The notes under the pieces are model-generated. The model made no database searches. It worked only from the letters and a program-made list of their open reading frames with translations, and had not been told where the DNA came from. From Octopus sinensis (taxonomy: Eukaryota): a stretch of 64,000 nucleotides of DNA. Of this stretch, positions 52,139 through 64,000 are shown piece by piece. The stretch lies in the NCBI RefSeq assembly GCF_006345805.1, contig NC_043007.1, positions 62,001-126,000 of the forward strand. Reading direction: 5' to 3'. A program made the translations under genes and the position numbers. Every line of letters starts with the position of its first letter. Position 1 is the stretch's first letter.

Positions 52139-52553
52139 TTGGCTGTGTGATAAGTAGCTTGCTTACCAACCACATGTTTCCGGGTTCAGTCCCACTGCGT
52201 GGCATCTTGGGCAAGTGTCTTCTACTATTGTTTCGGGCCGACCAAAATGCCTTGTGAGTGGATTTGGTAGACGGAAACTGAAAGAAGCCTGTCGTATATA
52301 TGTATATATATATGTATGTGTGTGTATGTGTTTGTGTGTCTGTGTTTGTGTGTCTGTGTTTGTCCCCCGAACATCGCTTGACAACCGATGCTGGTGTGTT
52401 CACGTCCCCGTAACTTAGCGGTTCGGCAAAAGAGACCGATAGAATAAGTACTAGGCTTCCAAAGAATAAGTCCCGGGGTCGAATAGCTCGACTAAAGGCG
52501 GTGCTCCAGCATGACCACTGTCAAAATGACTGAAGCAATTAAAAGAAAGAAAT
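52139..52553 (+). mobile_element. SINE family A, full length
   Basis: Reverse complement of the minus-strand copies. Confidence 0.9.
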
Positions 52554-52814
52554 ACCCACATACATATATTCTGTATTTCTTTGTGTATGTATGTATCTCT
52601 CTCTATCTCTCTCTCTCTCTAACTATCTATCTACCTATCTATGTGGGTGCGTATGCATGTACTTACGTAAGTATATATAATTGTGTGTGTGTGTGTGCGT
52701 GTGTCTGTGTGTCTCCATATGTGTATGGACATAATATTATCGGCACAACCATGAATTCAATAACCGCCAATGGTGAGAGAACCCATAAATGTAAGGAAAC
52801 ATGATCTTATATAT

Positions 52815-53075
52815 AGCACCACCATCACCACCACCATCGCCACTGCCACCATCACCACCACCACCTCCACCACCACAACCACCACCACCACCACCACCAC
52901 CACCACATAATGATGGAAATGATGGTGATGGTGACAATGAGGATGCTGATAATAATGATGATGATTATTATTATCATCATAATTATCATCATTATCATCA
53001 CCATCATCATCATTGTCGTCATCATCGTCGTCGTAACCGTTATCGTCGTCGTCGTCGTCGTCGTCTTCGTCGTGG
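52815..53075. repeat. Compound trinucleotide microsatellite (CCA/GAT/CAT/CGT)
   Basis: Direct reading. Confidence 0.95.
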
Positions 53076-53449
53076 ACATCCATATGGATCTCCATCGGAC
53101 ATAATTAACAACAAGCCAACACTGAAACCTGCTTCCCATTACATATCTATTTGTTGTCCACAACAAACAGGATCGTGTCACGTCCAACATCTCAATGTAC
53201 GTCGTTGCAGGTCTTCTCTCGCTTCCCAGCTTTTCCGCCGGCCGTAATTTACCGTAATAGCACTTAGCGAATTATTTGTTAGTTACTTCTTCACAAGAGT
53301 TCCATCAACTTTAAATTCTGCTTAGTTACAGTTGTATCAATATTAAGAATGGTACTGTGCAGATTGTATCCTAGATAAATGAGCTCTCCATGACTTTGTT
53401 GGTATATGCACATATACACACACACGCACACCTATATATACATATGTAC

Positions 53450-53489
<40 letters not shown>

Positions 53490-53656
53490 GTATCGTATGA
53501 ATATATATATATGCATATATATGTATATAAATATATATATACATATTCGTATCGTATGGATGTGTGTATATATTATATGATATATATATATATATATAAT
53601 ATATATATATATACATACATACATACATACATACATACATACATTACATACATACA

Positions 53657-53698
<42 letters not shown>

Positions 53699-54283
53699 AT
53701 ATGTATGTATGAATGTATGTATGTATTATATATCAACATATATAAACATATATACATAAATGCGTGGTGTGTGTGTGTGTGTGTATACATTTCTGTATAG
53801 GCACAAAACGCGTGACATATAATCACTGATTAGAACGCTATGTGTTTCTTTATAATTAGAATGAGAAACCTGCAAAGAGAATTCGTGGTATTTTTTACCC
53901 AAATTGCTTGCAAGTGGTCTCCATAGTTGTGAACATTATACAAAGAAAACAAGAAAACAAAGAAACAAGATTATACAAAGAAAACAAGAAAAAAATGGGA
54001 AATAAAAGAATTATAGCAGCGTTTTACACATGTTTCGGTGGCGGTTATAAGATGATACTATAGAAGCCGAGTCTCACGAAATTATTACATTATCACATCG
54101 TTGTTATTATAGCGTTAGAACACCCAATGCACGAAAGCAGAGATGGAACGACCATTATTTCTAACTTCTTTTACATATATATGTAAACATACATACATAC
54201 ATATTCATATACATATACATAAATACAAACATATATATGTGTATATATTTATATGTATATATGTATATATACATAATATAATA

Positions 54284-54321
<38 letters not shown>

Positions 54322-54432
54322 GGTATATATGTTGCATATATACAATATATTCATATGTTATAAGTATACTTGTGTGCATTCATTACGCACATACATAAAT
54401 ACAAACATATATATGTGTATATATTTATATTA

Positions 54433-54474
<42 letters not shown>

Positions 54475-54549
54475 TAGGGTATAAATCCAAGCTTACAGGG
54501 AAAATCAGATTTAGGATTGAATCCAATTTTATAGTAAAATATTATATTA

Positions 54550-54955
54550 TATTAAATTAGAGATAAAACTACTATTAGGCAAATCAACAATGAAAACTTA
54601 AGCCAATACTAAGATTATTAATTTATATTATTTAAATATATAACAAATTATAAAAAAAATATATTAATATCCACACTACGATCGTTTCATGGCTGCTAAC
54701 TTCTTCAAATTTTCAAGTCACAGTCATTCATCAGGTGGTTTAAATACTTATCTTGGCGAGATATTTAACCACCTGATGAATGACTGTGACTTGAAAATTT
54801 GAAGAAGTTAGCAGCCATGAAACGATCGTAGTGTGATATTAATTAATATTTTTTAATAATTTTGTTATATATTTAAATAATATAAATTAAATAATCTTAT
54901 GTATTGGCTTAAGTTTTTCATTGTTGATTTGCCTAATAGTGGTTTTGTCTCTAAT

Positions 54956-54961
<6 letters not shown>
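54550..54961. repeat. ~410-bp palindrome carrying a hammerhead in each arm
   Basis: Arms ~195 bp, loop ~54746-54760; the inner ~69 bp are a perfect inverted match. Confidence 0.9.
54770..54833 (+). ncRNA. Type I hammerhead motif (identical copy on the minus strand at ~54673-54736)
   Basis: CAC-CTGATGA-stem II (ATGACTGTGACT/AGTTAGCAGCCAT)-GAAA-C-GATC-GTA-GTG. Confidence 0.65.
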
Positions 54962-55013
<52 letters not shown>

Positions 55014-55071
55014 TATATAATATATATATATATACATACATTATACATACATACATACATACATACATACA

Positions 55072-55107
<36 letters not shown>

Positions 55108-55619
55108 TATATATGGAACAAAAAAGCAATAGAGGATATTAAAACATTCGGACGTTACAAAGGCGGAGGAGAGAAACAACAATTAGAAGGAAGAAAGACG
55201 ATCATTCGTGGCTTTCTCTCCTCAGTCAAGTACTAGAATTTCAGGTAGTTATCCTTGAGATGGTTTGATCTGGTTGCTCCCCACAAACGTCTAAGTTAGG
55301 AGTATTAGACCCCTTAGTAAAAAAGCTAGCCAATGTGTACGGCAACAATGGGTCGGCGGGCGCTTTCTGTCTTCTCCCATCCTTATCCGCTTGTATTATT
55401 ATCATTCGCCTCATCAATGTCTTGTCCAAACAAAAAACGGAGAACATGTTACACAATTACGAATACAAACACAAGAAAATAACAACAGGTGTCTTTCGAC
55501 TGAGAATGAATCAAATTGAGCTGGCGTGTATGAAGTAAAAGCCTAAAGCAAGGAACATAGGAGATGTGTAGGGGTTTATATATATATATATAAACCGGTC
55601 TTCACTAGTAATAAATATT

Positions 55620-55832
55620 CTTTTCTACTCTAGACACAAGGCCCGAAATTTTGGGGGCGGGAGCCTGTCGATTAGATCGACCCCAGTACGCAACTGCTAC
55701 TTAATTTATCGACCCCGAAATGATGAAAGGCAAAGACGATCTCGGCGGAATTTGAACTCAGAACTTAAAGACAGACGAAATACCGCTATGCATTTCGCTC
55801 GGCGTGCTAACGATACTGCCAGCTCTCCGCCT
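55620..55832 (-). mobile_element. SINE family B, tail type B1
   Basis: Reverse complement of the 25187 copy. Confidence 0.88.
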
Positions 55833-56255
55833 TTCCCGTTATAAATATTGAGTGCTCTACTTTTTAGAGTGTGCTTCTTCTCCGGATTCATGTTTTTCTT
55901 AAAAAAACGATCTATCTATCTATCTATCTATCTATCTACACACTAGCACACACACACACACACACACACGCACAAACATATATATATATATATGCACCCA
56001 CACAGTAGGATAATACAAGGTAAGTATGGTATTCAAACGTACCAGCAATTGGGTAGCGGTGTGGGTCGGGTTGACAATCGTATGTGTGTGTGTGTGTGTC
56101 TGTGTGTATGTGAGAGATAAAGAGAGACAGAAAGAGATAGAGAGAGAGAGATGTGAGTAGTGTTTATTGTTTGTAAGATCAGGGTTACGTACTTCTGTGT
56201 CAGTTAATGTAGGACACCCCACCACATACAAACACATATACAAACACACACAAAC

Positions 56256-56287
<32 letters not shown>

Positions 56288-56664
56288 CACACACACACAT
56301 ACACCACACAAGCGTCTGAAGAGCATTCACCGACTTCATGTTATTACGTTAGCAGATGTTTCCAAACCGATCATATATTTCATTAGGTGTCTTTTTTATT
56401 AAACAGCGGTAGTTTGTTGTTTCCGGTGCGTGTGCAAGCTTCAACATTTAATCTCTGTTGATCTGATCTCAGCTTAGTCTGCACAGTTAACAAACCAACT
56501 GTGTTAACTTCCGCTAAATGTTTCCTTTTCTTTCTTTCTTTATATGTTCCAGACAGAAGCGAAGCAAATTCTTTTTTATCTCCTGTTTTCTTCAACAGTC
56601 TAAAACAATTTTCATTACCGCTGAATATACATATGAAGACATTTTGCTTTTAATATATCATAAA

Positions 56665-57055
56665 CTAGCAGTATCGCCCGGCGTTGCTCGGGTTTGTTTC
56701 GACCCTTTAGAATTGGAATTTTTGAAAAGTAAAAATGTTGCATTATGTAGCTTGTTATTCTCTTTAAGTGAACATTTTTCTGGTTGAAATACACCGAGAA
56801 ATGGCGACACAGCAGTCAAAAAATCGTAAAAAATAGGGATTATCATAGAAAAAAGCACCTTTTTGATGTAAATAATTTTTGGTGTTAACATGGTCCGATT
56901 TGAATTTTTTCTTCTACGGAATGAAGTCCAAGCCTTTTTCTATCATACTCTCAATTTTGGTCAACTTGCGCCGCAGGGTCTCGGAAGAGTTAGTGTTAGT
57001 TGAAAGCTACCAAACCTGCCACACACAGACAACTTCAGCTTTATATACAGAGAGA
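56665..57055 (-). mobile_element. Non-autonomous Helitron (391 bp)
   Basis: Minus strand starts with TC and ends with CTAG, sits between A and T, and has a subterminal hairpin CCCGAGCAACGCCGGG ~8 nt before CTAG. Confidence 0.85.
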
Positions 57056-57497
57056 TATAACGTTGTTGCTATTTAGCCCATGGCCAGCTCTGAAGCAATA
57101 GACAAATCTATAACGATACACGTTTTTAATCATGACATATTATCTCCTAGAATAATATGCTGCGAGCATCATTATTCAATTTGTCCTATGAAAAGCTGGC
57201 GAATTTGGTTTTGAGGGAAATTACATTGGTATTTCAAAGATAACTATAACTTTCGAACAAAAAAATCCTGTACTTTACGGCATTATAATTATTGTATTAT
57301 TTTGATATCTGAAACATAAAATATTTTAAGGTTATTGACCTTTAATTTTTTGAAATATGTTCTGTCATCATTGTAGCATCAGAAATGCTACTCTGAGATA
57401 TTTGTTCTGATTCTGTATTTTCTGAGTTCAATTTCCAGGACATTAGCTTCGCTTTTCATCTAATCCGGAGTGGATAAAATTGTATACGAGTGTTATC

Positions 57498-57733
57498 TGT
57501 TACTTTACTACCCACAAGGGGCTAAACACAGAGGGGACAAACAAGGACAGACAAAGGGATTAAGTCGATTATATCGACCCCAGTACGTAACTGGTACTTG
57601 ATTTATCGACCCCAAAAGGATGAAAGGCAAAGTCGACCTCGGCGGAATTTGAACTCAGAACGGTACTGCAGACGAAATACTGCTACGCATTTCGCCCGGC
57701 GTGCTAACAGCTCTGCCAGCTCGCCGCGTTAGT
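57498..57733 (-). mobile_element. SINE family B monomer with 21-bp TSD (1 mismatch)
   Basis: AAATTGTATACG(A/G)GTGTTATC at 57477-57497 and 57734-57754. Confidence 0.92.
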
Positions 57734-58675
57734 AAATTGTATACGGGTGTTATCAATTAAACCAAGGTTCCTAGAAATGGCTGTGCCTAAACCAGAAAAC
57801 AATTGCAATCGCACGTCACAAAATTCTCTAATTGTTCTTTTAAAATTTTTCACCTTCATTTCTAAAACCGAATAAAATATTTTTTGTTCAGAACAGTTTT
57901 AAGTGAGAATCTTTCCCAAATTCTGGGTACTTTTAGTAGATGTTTGCTAATTTTGTGTGACAATTCACACTTTATAACCTTAATGTTTTACTCTGAATCT
58001 CATCAATCAGTGAACAGTACTTAGATACACATCATTGCTGCTGTTTTCATTACAACAAACCGAAGGGAAAAAAAATTAAGAATTCTTCTTCGTTTCTCAG
58101 AATCGGTTGATCAAGAAACCCAGTTGTGGTTGTCGACATCACACTTTTGTTTTTCTCTTAACCATTCTCTTCTCTTATCATGCAAACCATCTCAGCATCA
58201 TCTGTGTCAGTTTCTCACATACAGTTGCCATCTTAGCAATATAATTATAAAAGTTTGCATTGTTTCCAAAGATAATTCCGAGATCTTCCACCGATAATGA
58301 ATCTAGTGTTGGAATCTCCCTTCGTGCTATGCATCCATTAAGCGAAACATCGTAGTATTGATGGTGCAGTGTTTCCTTTTTCAATGGTAACATATTTTCT
58401 GTGATCGACTTACAGATATTTTAAAATATAAGTTTGCAAATCTTCCATATAGCGAAGAGATTTTATTGCGCTTTTATAATCTGTTACTATTGATTTTAAA
58501 TGCAGTCTCTTCATTTCGACTTGGTTAAATGTGTGTAATTACAATTGCGTTTGACTTTAATTTGACTATTAAAAGTTCGTTCCATTTGGGATCTGAACCA
58601 TAGCAAGAGTTTGTCAGAAAATAAACCAATAACCCCATTGTAATAATTTCTGAAGATATGGCTGTGTTAAGATAT

Positions 58676-59078
58676 GGAGCAGACGTTGTTGTGTGGTTAA
58701 GACGCTCGCGTTGCAGCCACATAGTTCCGTGTTCAGTCACACTGCACGGCACCGAGAGAGAGAGAGTGTGTCTTCTACTTTAGCACGAGGCTGACCAATG
58801 CTTCGTGAGTAAATTTGTTAGACGGATACTTTGTGGAGGGTCATTGTATCTTTGCATATATACGTCTTTGTGTTTCCGTTTGTTTGTCCAACGCCCCGCA
58901 GCTTGAAAACTGGTTTTCGTTTGTTTACGACCATTTAACTTAGCAGCGCGGCAAAAGACTCAACAGAATGAGTACCAGACATTAGAATTAAGTACTAGAG
59001 TCGATTTGTTTTATTAAACCCTTGAATGCGATAACCTAGTATCACGACAGTCCAGTGAGTGAAACAAGAAAATGATAA
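58676..59078 (+). mobile_element. SINE family A, old diverged copy
   Basis: GTGTGGTTAAGACGCTCGC...GTTCAGTCACACTGCACGGCACC...AGTACTAGAGTCGATTTG. Confidence 0.6.
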
Positions 59079-59464
59079 TAGAGCACTCAGTGGCCAACCT
59101 GTGAGTCTAATATCCCGAGCTACGAATATTTTTGGAGCCATTTCCCAGCCTTACGAAATTATCATTGGATTTCTGAAGAGCTGTTTTATTGTTCGCTTGA
59201 CCATATTGTGCCTCACTATTGTCATGAATCATTTTAAGGTGTTTTGCTTTTGAAGTCAACGAATAAAGGAATGTCATAGTTTGTTATCGCTAATGAGTTT
59301 CTAATCCAATCAGAAAATCAGGTGTAAAGCGTTTCACTATTCCCTCTCTATATCAAAGATGTTCTGCAGCGACTTCTGTAGCGATTTCAAAGAATCACCT
59401 ACACAACCATACTAAACATCCATACACTCACACTTATATAGATATACAGATGAACGATTGATAT

Positions 59465-60193
59465 TTATATGTAACAAAAGAAAAGTCAGAACTACTGGGA
59501 TCCAGGTTGAAAGAATGGAATTAAGCCCAGTAGAAAAAACTGCTTGAGAAAAGTTTGTCTCTCTTGTAAAACGTTTTTTGGGAAATGAAAAATCACCTAA
59601 CTATGTGGCATTTACGAATGGCTTTTTTGAAAGCTTATAAACAACTTGGGGCAAGAGTGTCTCTAAAAGTTCATTTTCTCCACTCTCATCTTGACTTTTT
59701 TTCACCCAATATAGGCGATGTAAGCGATGAGTATTGTGGACGATTTCATCACGAAATCAAAGAACTAGAAAGCTGCTACGGTGGCAGACTTACATCAAAC
59801 ATGCTGACGGACTATTGCTGGTTTTTAGAACAAGAAACTGGCATGCAACATTGGCGTAAAAGAAGACGCCAAAGCTACTTTAAAAAAAAAAAATGAAATT
59901 CATAATATTCACTTTACACTTTTTTTATTTTGTGTTTTAATAGTTTTAGAGCTGCTTGTCCATCTAGTTGCTATTGTTCTGATATCAAATAACGGTAATT
60001 TACGCTTAACGTAACATTCATTTTATTTGTCATGAATTCTCACATTACTGTAATTTTCATAGCAGCATAATAATGATTGCGCAAAAACATTGACGTGCTA
60101 GAGCTAAAATGATTGCAGAGTCGGAATCAGCGCTCACAAATTACCTATGAGCACAATTTCGTCTAATAATAGCAGACATTTTGTTGCCTAGAG
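59465..60193 (+). mobile_element. Chapaev-3-like (CMC superfamily) transposon, internally deleted 3' part
   Basis: TKEKSELLGSRLKEW, then ELSPVEKTA*EKFVSLVKRFLGNEKSPNY, SLKVHFLHSHLDFFSPNIGDVSDEYCGRFHHEI..LTDYCW; 3' end TTTTGTTGCCTAGAG resembles a CACTAGGCAACAAAA TIR. Family name is from recall; the 5' boundary is unresolved. Confidence 0.65.
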
Positions 60194-60324
60194 TTATTCA
60201 AAAATTCTGGTTGCCACCTTCTTAATATACAATAGTATGTACATCACTTCGAAACTTCTACACACACGCACGTATGCACACACACACACACACGCACGCA
60301 CACACACTAGTGTATGTATATGAA

Positions 60325-60495
60325 TAGAAAAATTATTATTTCTAAATCTCTGAGCGAGAAACATTCAGTAACAGTACTCTAGAGTAAACATTATTTGCCA
60401 ACATAATGTAGCTGCCCTGGTTAGGACGGATGTTACTGTTCTTTAACCCCATGGAACATCCTCTCCAGCTGGCTGTCACTACGTTGAAAAATAAT
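60325..60495 (-). repeat. Family H single copy
   Basis: AATTATTATTTCTAAATCTC...TATTTGCCAACATAATG...CTCCAGCTGGCT. Confidence 0.75.
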
Positions 60496-60560
60496 CATTA
60501 CTCTGTCTTTCTATCTGTTTCCCTCTCTGTCTGTCTGTCTGTCTGTCTTGTCTGTCTGTT

Positions 60561-60674
<114 letters not shown>

Positions 60675-61348
60675 CGTGTGTGTGTGTGTACGTATGTATA
60701 TATACACATACAGAGATATGTATATATGCAAAACGTATACGTACATCGACAGACACACACACACGTGCACACGGACATCCACAACCACACTCATACACCC
60801 ACATACATACATATATACATACATATCTATATATTCTGCACACTCATATCTATATATGTATATATGTATATGTATACACCCACACTGGCACACACGCAGA
60901 CACACGCACACCCACGGACACACACTTATCACTTAAAAGAAATTGCCTTAATCGATCAGTTGTCAGTTTTGATTTTAAGAACTAAAGTTCATGTTAAAAC
61001 ATTCGTTACAATCAATAAATCTAGAATTGTCATTCATGTTTCATATATTTCATAGTTGTCGTTCTAAAGCAGTTAAATTAGTCTAATAACGAAATATGCT
61101 ACGAATTTTCATTAGTTGAATCTCGTCTCTTGAAGCTACTCAATCGTTTTAACATAAAGTTCCGTCTTTTTCCAATTTCTTCTTCAGTGTCTGGGCAACA
61201 AAATTCCTGTACACCGCTACTCTAATGATATTATATATCATAGCTGTGGGCAACCGAGCGACAAGATTTATTAGATATTGCTCACCAGAAATGAAACATA
61301 GCAGGAAAATTATAATTTCAACACCAGCGTGTTTAATACACAGAGCAA

Positions 61349-61390
<42 letters not shown>

Positions 61391-61426
61391 GGAGTTCAAT
61401 GAATAAATCCTGTATATTATATATAT

Positions 61427-61459
<33 letters not shown>

Positions 61460-61659
61460 TGAGTGGACAGCGTGCTGTGACCAGCGGTGTCAAATGGACG
61501 CTTGACGGACTGGTTGGTCAAGGTGATCAAGGTGATATATATATACATATATACCGTTCTTTATCTCCCCTTCTTCCTAGCTCTCCTGTCGGACCATCTC
61601 TGTCCGGTATTCACTATGACTCATCGCTAGCCACTAAAATCTTTTTTTTTTTCTCTCGT

Positions 61660-61742
61660 AGGCTCGAAACGTAAATGATTTTCTCACTCCCAGAGCGTTA
61701 CACACCCGTCTTCGTCTTTTCTTTTGTTTCGTAAATTCCAAC

Positions 61743-61745
<3 letters not shown>
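61660..61745 (+). mobile_element. Family F partial copy
   Basis: CGTAGGCTCGAAACGTAAA...CAGAGCGTTA...CCCGTCTTCGTCTTT is the reverse complement of the family F core. Confidence 0.6.
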
Positions 61746-61785
<40 letters not shown>

Positions 61786-61788
<3 letters not shown>

Positions 61789-62862
61789 CTACGCTCCCAG
61801 CTTAGTTTTTCTAATGCTCGTTGCTTAGTTTTTCTTGGAGGGCTGGCCGTGATCTAGTAATCTCAAGATTAATCAGCCGAAATTACTACGATGATCCGGT
61901 TCTTGACTGAAGACTGAGGGTTTCGAATGTCCTGTCCGTGTTTATTGTATCGTCTTCTAAGAGTTATACGTTCTTGTCCATGTTGTATTTTTCTACATAC
62001 CTTAACATATATTCCAGGCGCCACGTACCCTCTTAACATTAATGTGAGCACATATTCTTAATAACTGGTACGACTCTTTGTTTGTCTCTCTCTCTCTCTC
62101 TCTTTTACTTGATCTGTCCCCTTCTCTCTCTACTCATCCTCTTTTTCTCTTCTCTTTCCTCTGATTCTTTGGTCTAATCTTCCACTACCCTCCTAATTCT
62201 TTGTCTCGCTCTGCACTCACAGGTCAATCTTCGACACCCATCCCTTCTCCTCTCTGATTCCTTCTTTCTCTCTCTTCTCTCTCTTTGTTGCGTTTGTCCC
62301 TCCTCTCTCTCCTCTCTCTCTCTCTCTTCCGCTGCTTCTCTTTCTTTTCTTTTCTCTCTCCTCTGTCACGTGACTGCTGGCCGAAATCTGCCTTTCAGCT
62401 TCTGACCAGCGTCGTGTTAACATCGTTGTTTTTCGTCCGCCGCTATAGGCATCGCCGATAAGGCTCCTTTCCTTGCGCTAGAGAAAAAATGTGTTTGCTT
62501 GTTATCAGTCGTAAGACACTTGTTGTTGTTTTCACCGTTAATGCTTCTGTATTTCATGGTTCTGTATTCCATTATTTTTTTGTTTTTTTTATATTCGTCC
62601 CTTTTGCTGTCCTGGTGTCCGTATGCATTCGATCCTTCTTCCAGGAAATCTACGCTCCCAGCTTAGTTTTTCTAATGCTCGTTGCTTAGTTTTTCTTGGA
62701 GGGCTGGCCGTGATCTAGTAATCTCAAGATTAATCAGCCGAAATTACTACGATGATCCGGTTCTTGACTGAAGACTGAGGGTTTCGAATGTCCTGTCCGT
62801 GTTTATTGTATCGTCTTCTAAGAGTTATACGTTCTTGTCCATGTTGTATTTTTCTACATACC

Positions 62863-62866
<4 letters not shown>
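61786..62866 (+). mobile_element. Tandem (~1.25 units, period ~861) of the same unit as 36706-37876, flanked by (TA)n
   Basis: AATCTACGCT at 61786 and 62647; ends at CTACATACCTTAA followed by (TA)n. Confidence 0.9.
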
Positions 62867-62956
<90 letters not shown>

Positions 62957-62959
62957 CTT

Positions 62960-63170
62960 AGTGTGACCGTGTGTGTACCGTTGGCGATTTTTTTTTCCTC
63001 CGTCTTCCCTTCTCTGGACCTTTCCTTTTCTTATTTTTCTGACGAAGAGCTCCGCTCGAAACGTTAAACCCTCCCTCTTCCCTTCCTTCCTGAGCGTCCA
63101 ATAATACTATACTTGTTCCACGTCCTCGCGTTGTTGTGTTTTCTCTTTGTGTTTTCATGTTTGGATTAAC
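62960..63170 (+). mobile_element. Family D short element between (TA)n arrays
   Basis: Reverse complement of 35185-35388. Confidence 0.8.
63036..63068 (+). ncRNA. Minimal type I hammerhead motif
   Basis: TTT-CTGACGA-A-GAGC-TCC-GCTC-GAAA-CGT-T-AAA; palindromic ACGT replaces stem III. Confidence 0.55.
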
Positions 63171-63210
63171 TATATATATATATATATATATATATTCTTT
63201 TATTTTTTAA

Positions 63211-63634
63211 TTTGCTTCAGTCATTTGACTGCGGCTATGCTGGAGCATCGCCTTTAGTCGAACAAATCGACCCCAAGACTTATTCTTTGTAAGTCTAGTA
63301 CATATTTTACCGGTCTATTTTGCCGAACCTCTAAGTTACGGAGACGTGAACACACCAGCATCGGCTGTCAAGAGATGGTGGGATACAAACGTAGACACGT
63401 AAACACACACACACACACATACACACACGCACACACACACACACACACAAATATATACGACGGGAATCTTACCGTTTCCGTCTACCAAATCTACTCACAA
63501 GGACTTGGTCGGCCCGAGGCCATAGTAGAAGACCCTTGCCCACAGCGCCACGCAGTTGGACTGAGCCCGGAGCCATGTGGTTGATAACAAGCTACTTACC
63601 ACACAGCCACTTCTGCGCCTACACAGCCACTCCT
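63211..63634 (-). mobile_element. SINE family A, full length
   Basis: Colinear with the other copies. Confidence 0.9.
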
Positions 63635-63644
63635 ATATATATTT

Positions 63645-63780
63645 GAAATTTGTAGAAAACGAAAGACGAAGACAGGCGCAGGAACAACTAGCAGGTGTAT
63701 TAGCTTAACGCTCAGGAAGAACACAAAAATCTTTTACGTTTCTAGCTTGCGATCTTCGGCAGAAAGGATTAAGGAGGGAA

Positions 63781-63800
<20 letters not shown>
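63645..63800 (-). mobile_element. Family F diverged copy
   Basis: AAAGACGAAGACAGG...AACGCTCAGGAA...CTTTTACGTTTC...TCTTCGGCAGAAAGG. Confidence 0.65.
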
Positions 63801-63828
<28 letters not shown>

Positions 63829-64000
63829 AAAAACGGAGTGAGGAAAAAATATGTACAGATTAACGGTTCAACAATACACACACACATACACACATATATA
63901 AGAACATATGCAACATTTGTTTCGGCAGCATTTTACAGAGGAATCGACGTAAGCTTAAATGATAAACCGCGATATGGCGAGAGATTACTGTATATATATA

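Noticed and set aside
52801-53247. 148-aa Pro/His/Arg-rich ORF
   Set aside because: Compound trinucleotide microsatellite; open in several frames on both strands.
55241-55540. Possible GIY-YIG C-terminus (NLDVCGE)
   Set aside because: Similarity is too weak to call without a search.

Overview
AT-rich, repeat-saturated animal DNA with dense (TA)n, (TATC)n, (CATA)n and (AAT)n microsatellites and one 100-N scaffold gap. The repeat repertoire resembles a coleoid cephalopod such as Octopus (inference from recall, not verified). I recognise no host protein-coding gene; most ORFs in the supplied track are microsatellite or antisense artefacts. The window contains decayed transposons. DNA transposons: a full-length DD34D mariner pseudogene plus an internally deleted sister, a second mariner 5' half, a DD37D/maT element, a MULE fragment, a Chapaev-type fragment, Helitron remnants and two mini-MITEs. 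Retroelements: RTE and RTE-X pieces, three R4/Dong-like 3' ends, a Penelope-like RT fragment and at least four tRNA-derived SINE families. The most interesting signal is a set of short, microsatellite-embedded, often inverted or tandem repeats carrying type I hammerhead ribozyme cores. The core is intact at 9534-9607, in both arms of a ~410-bp palindrome at 54550-54961, and at 63036-63068. It is variant or decayed in several other families. This pattern fits a diverse population of non-autonomous Penelope-like or retrozyme-like elements. All structures were derived by eye, and boundaries are approximate unless stated.
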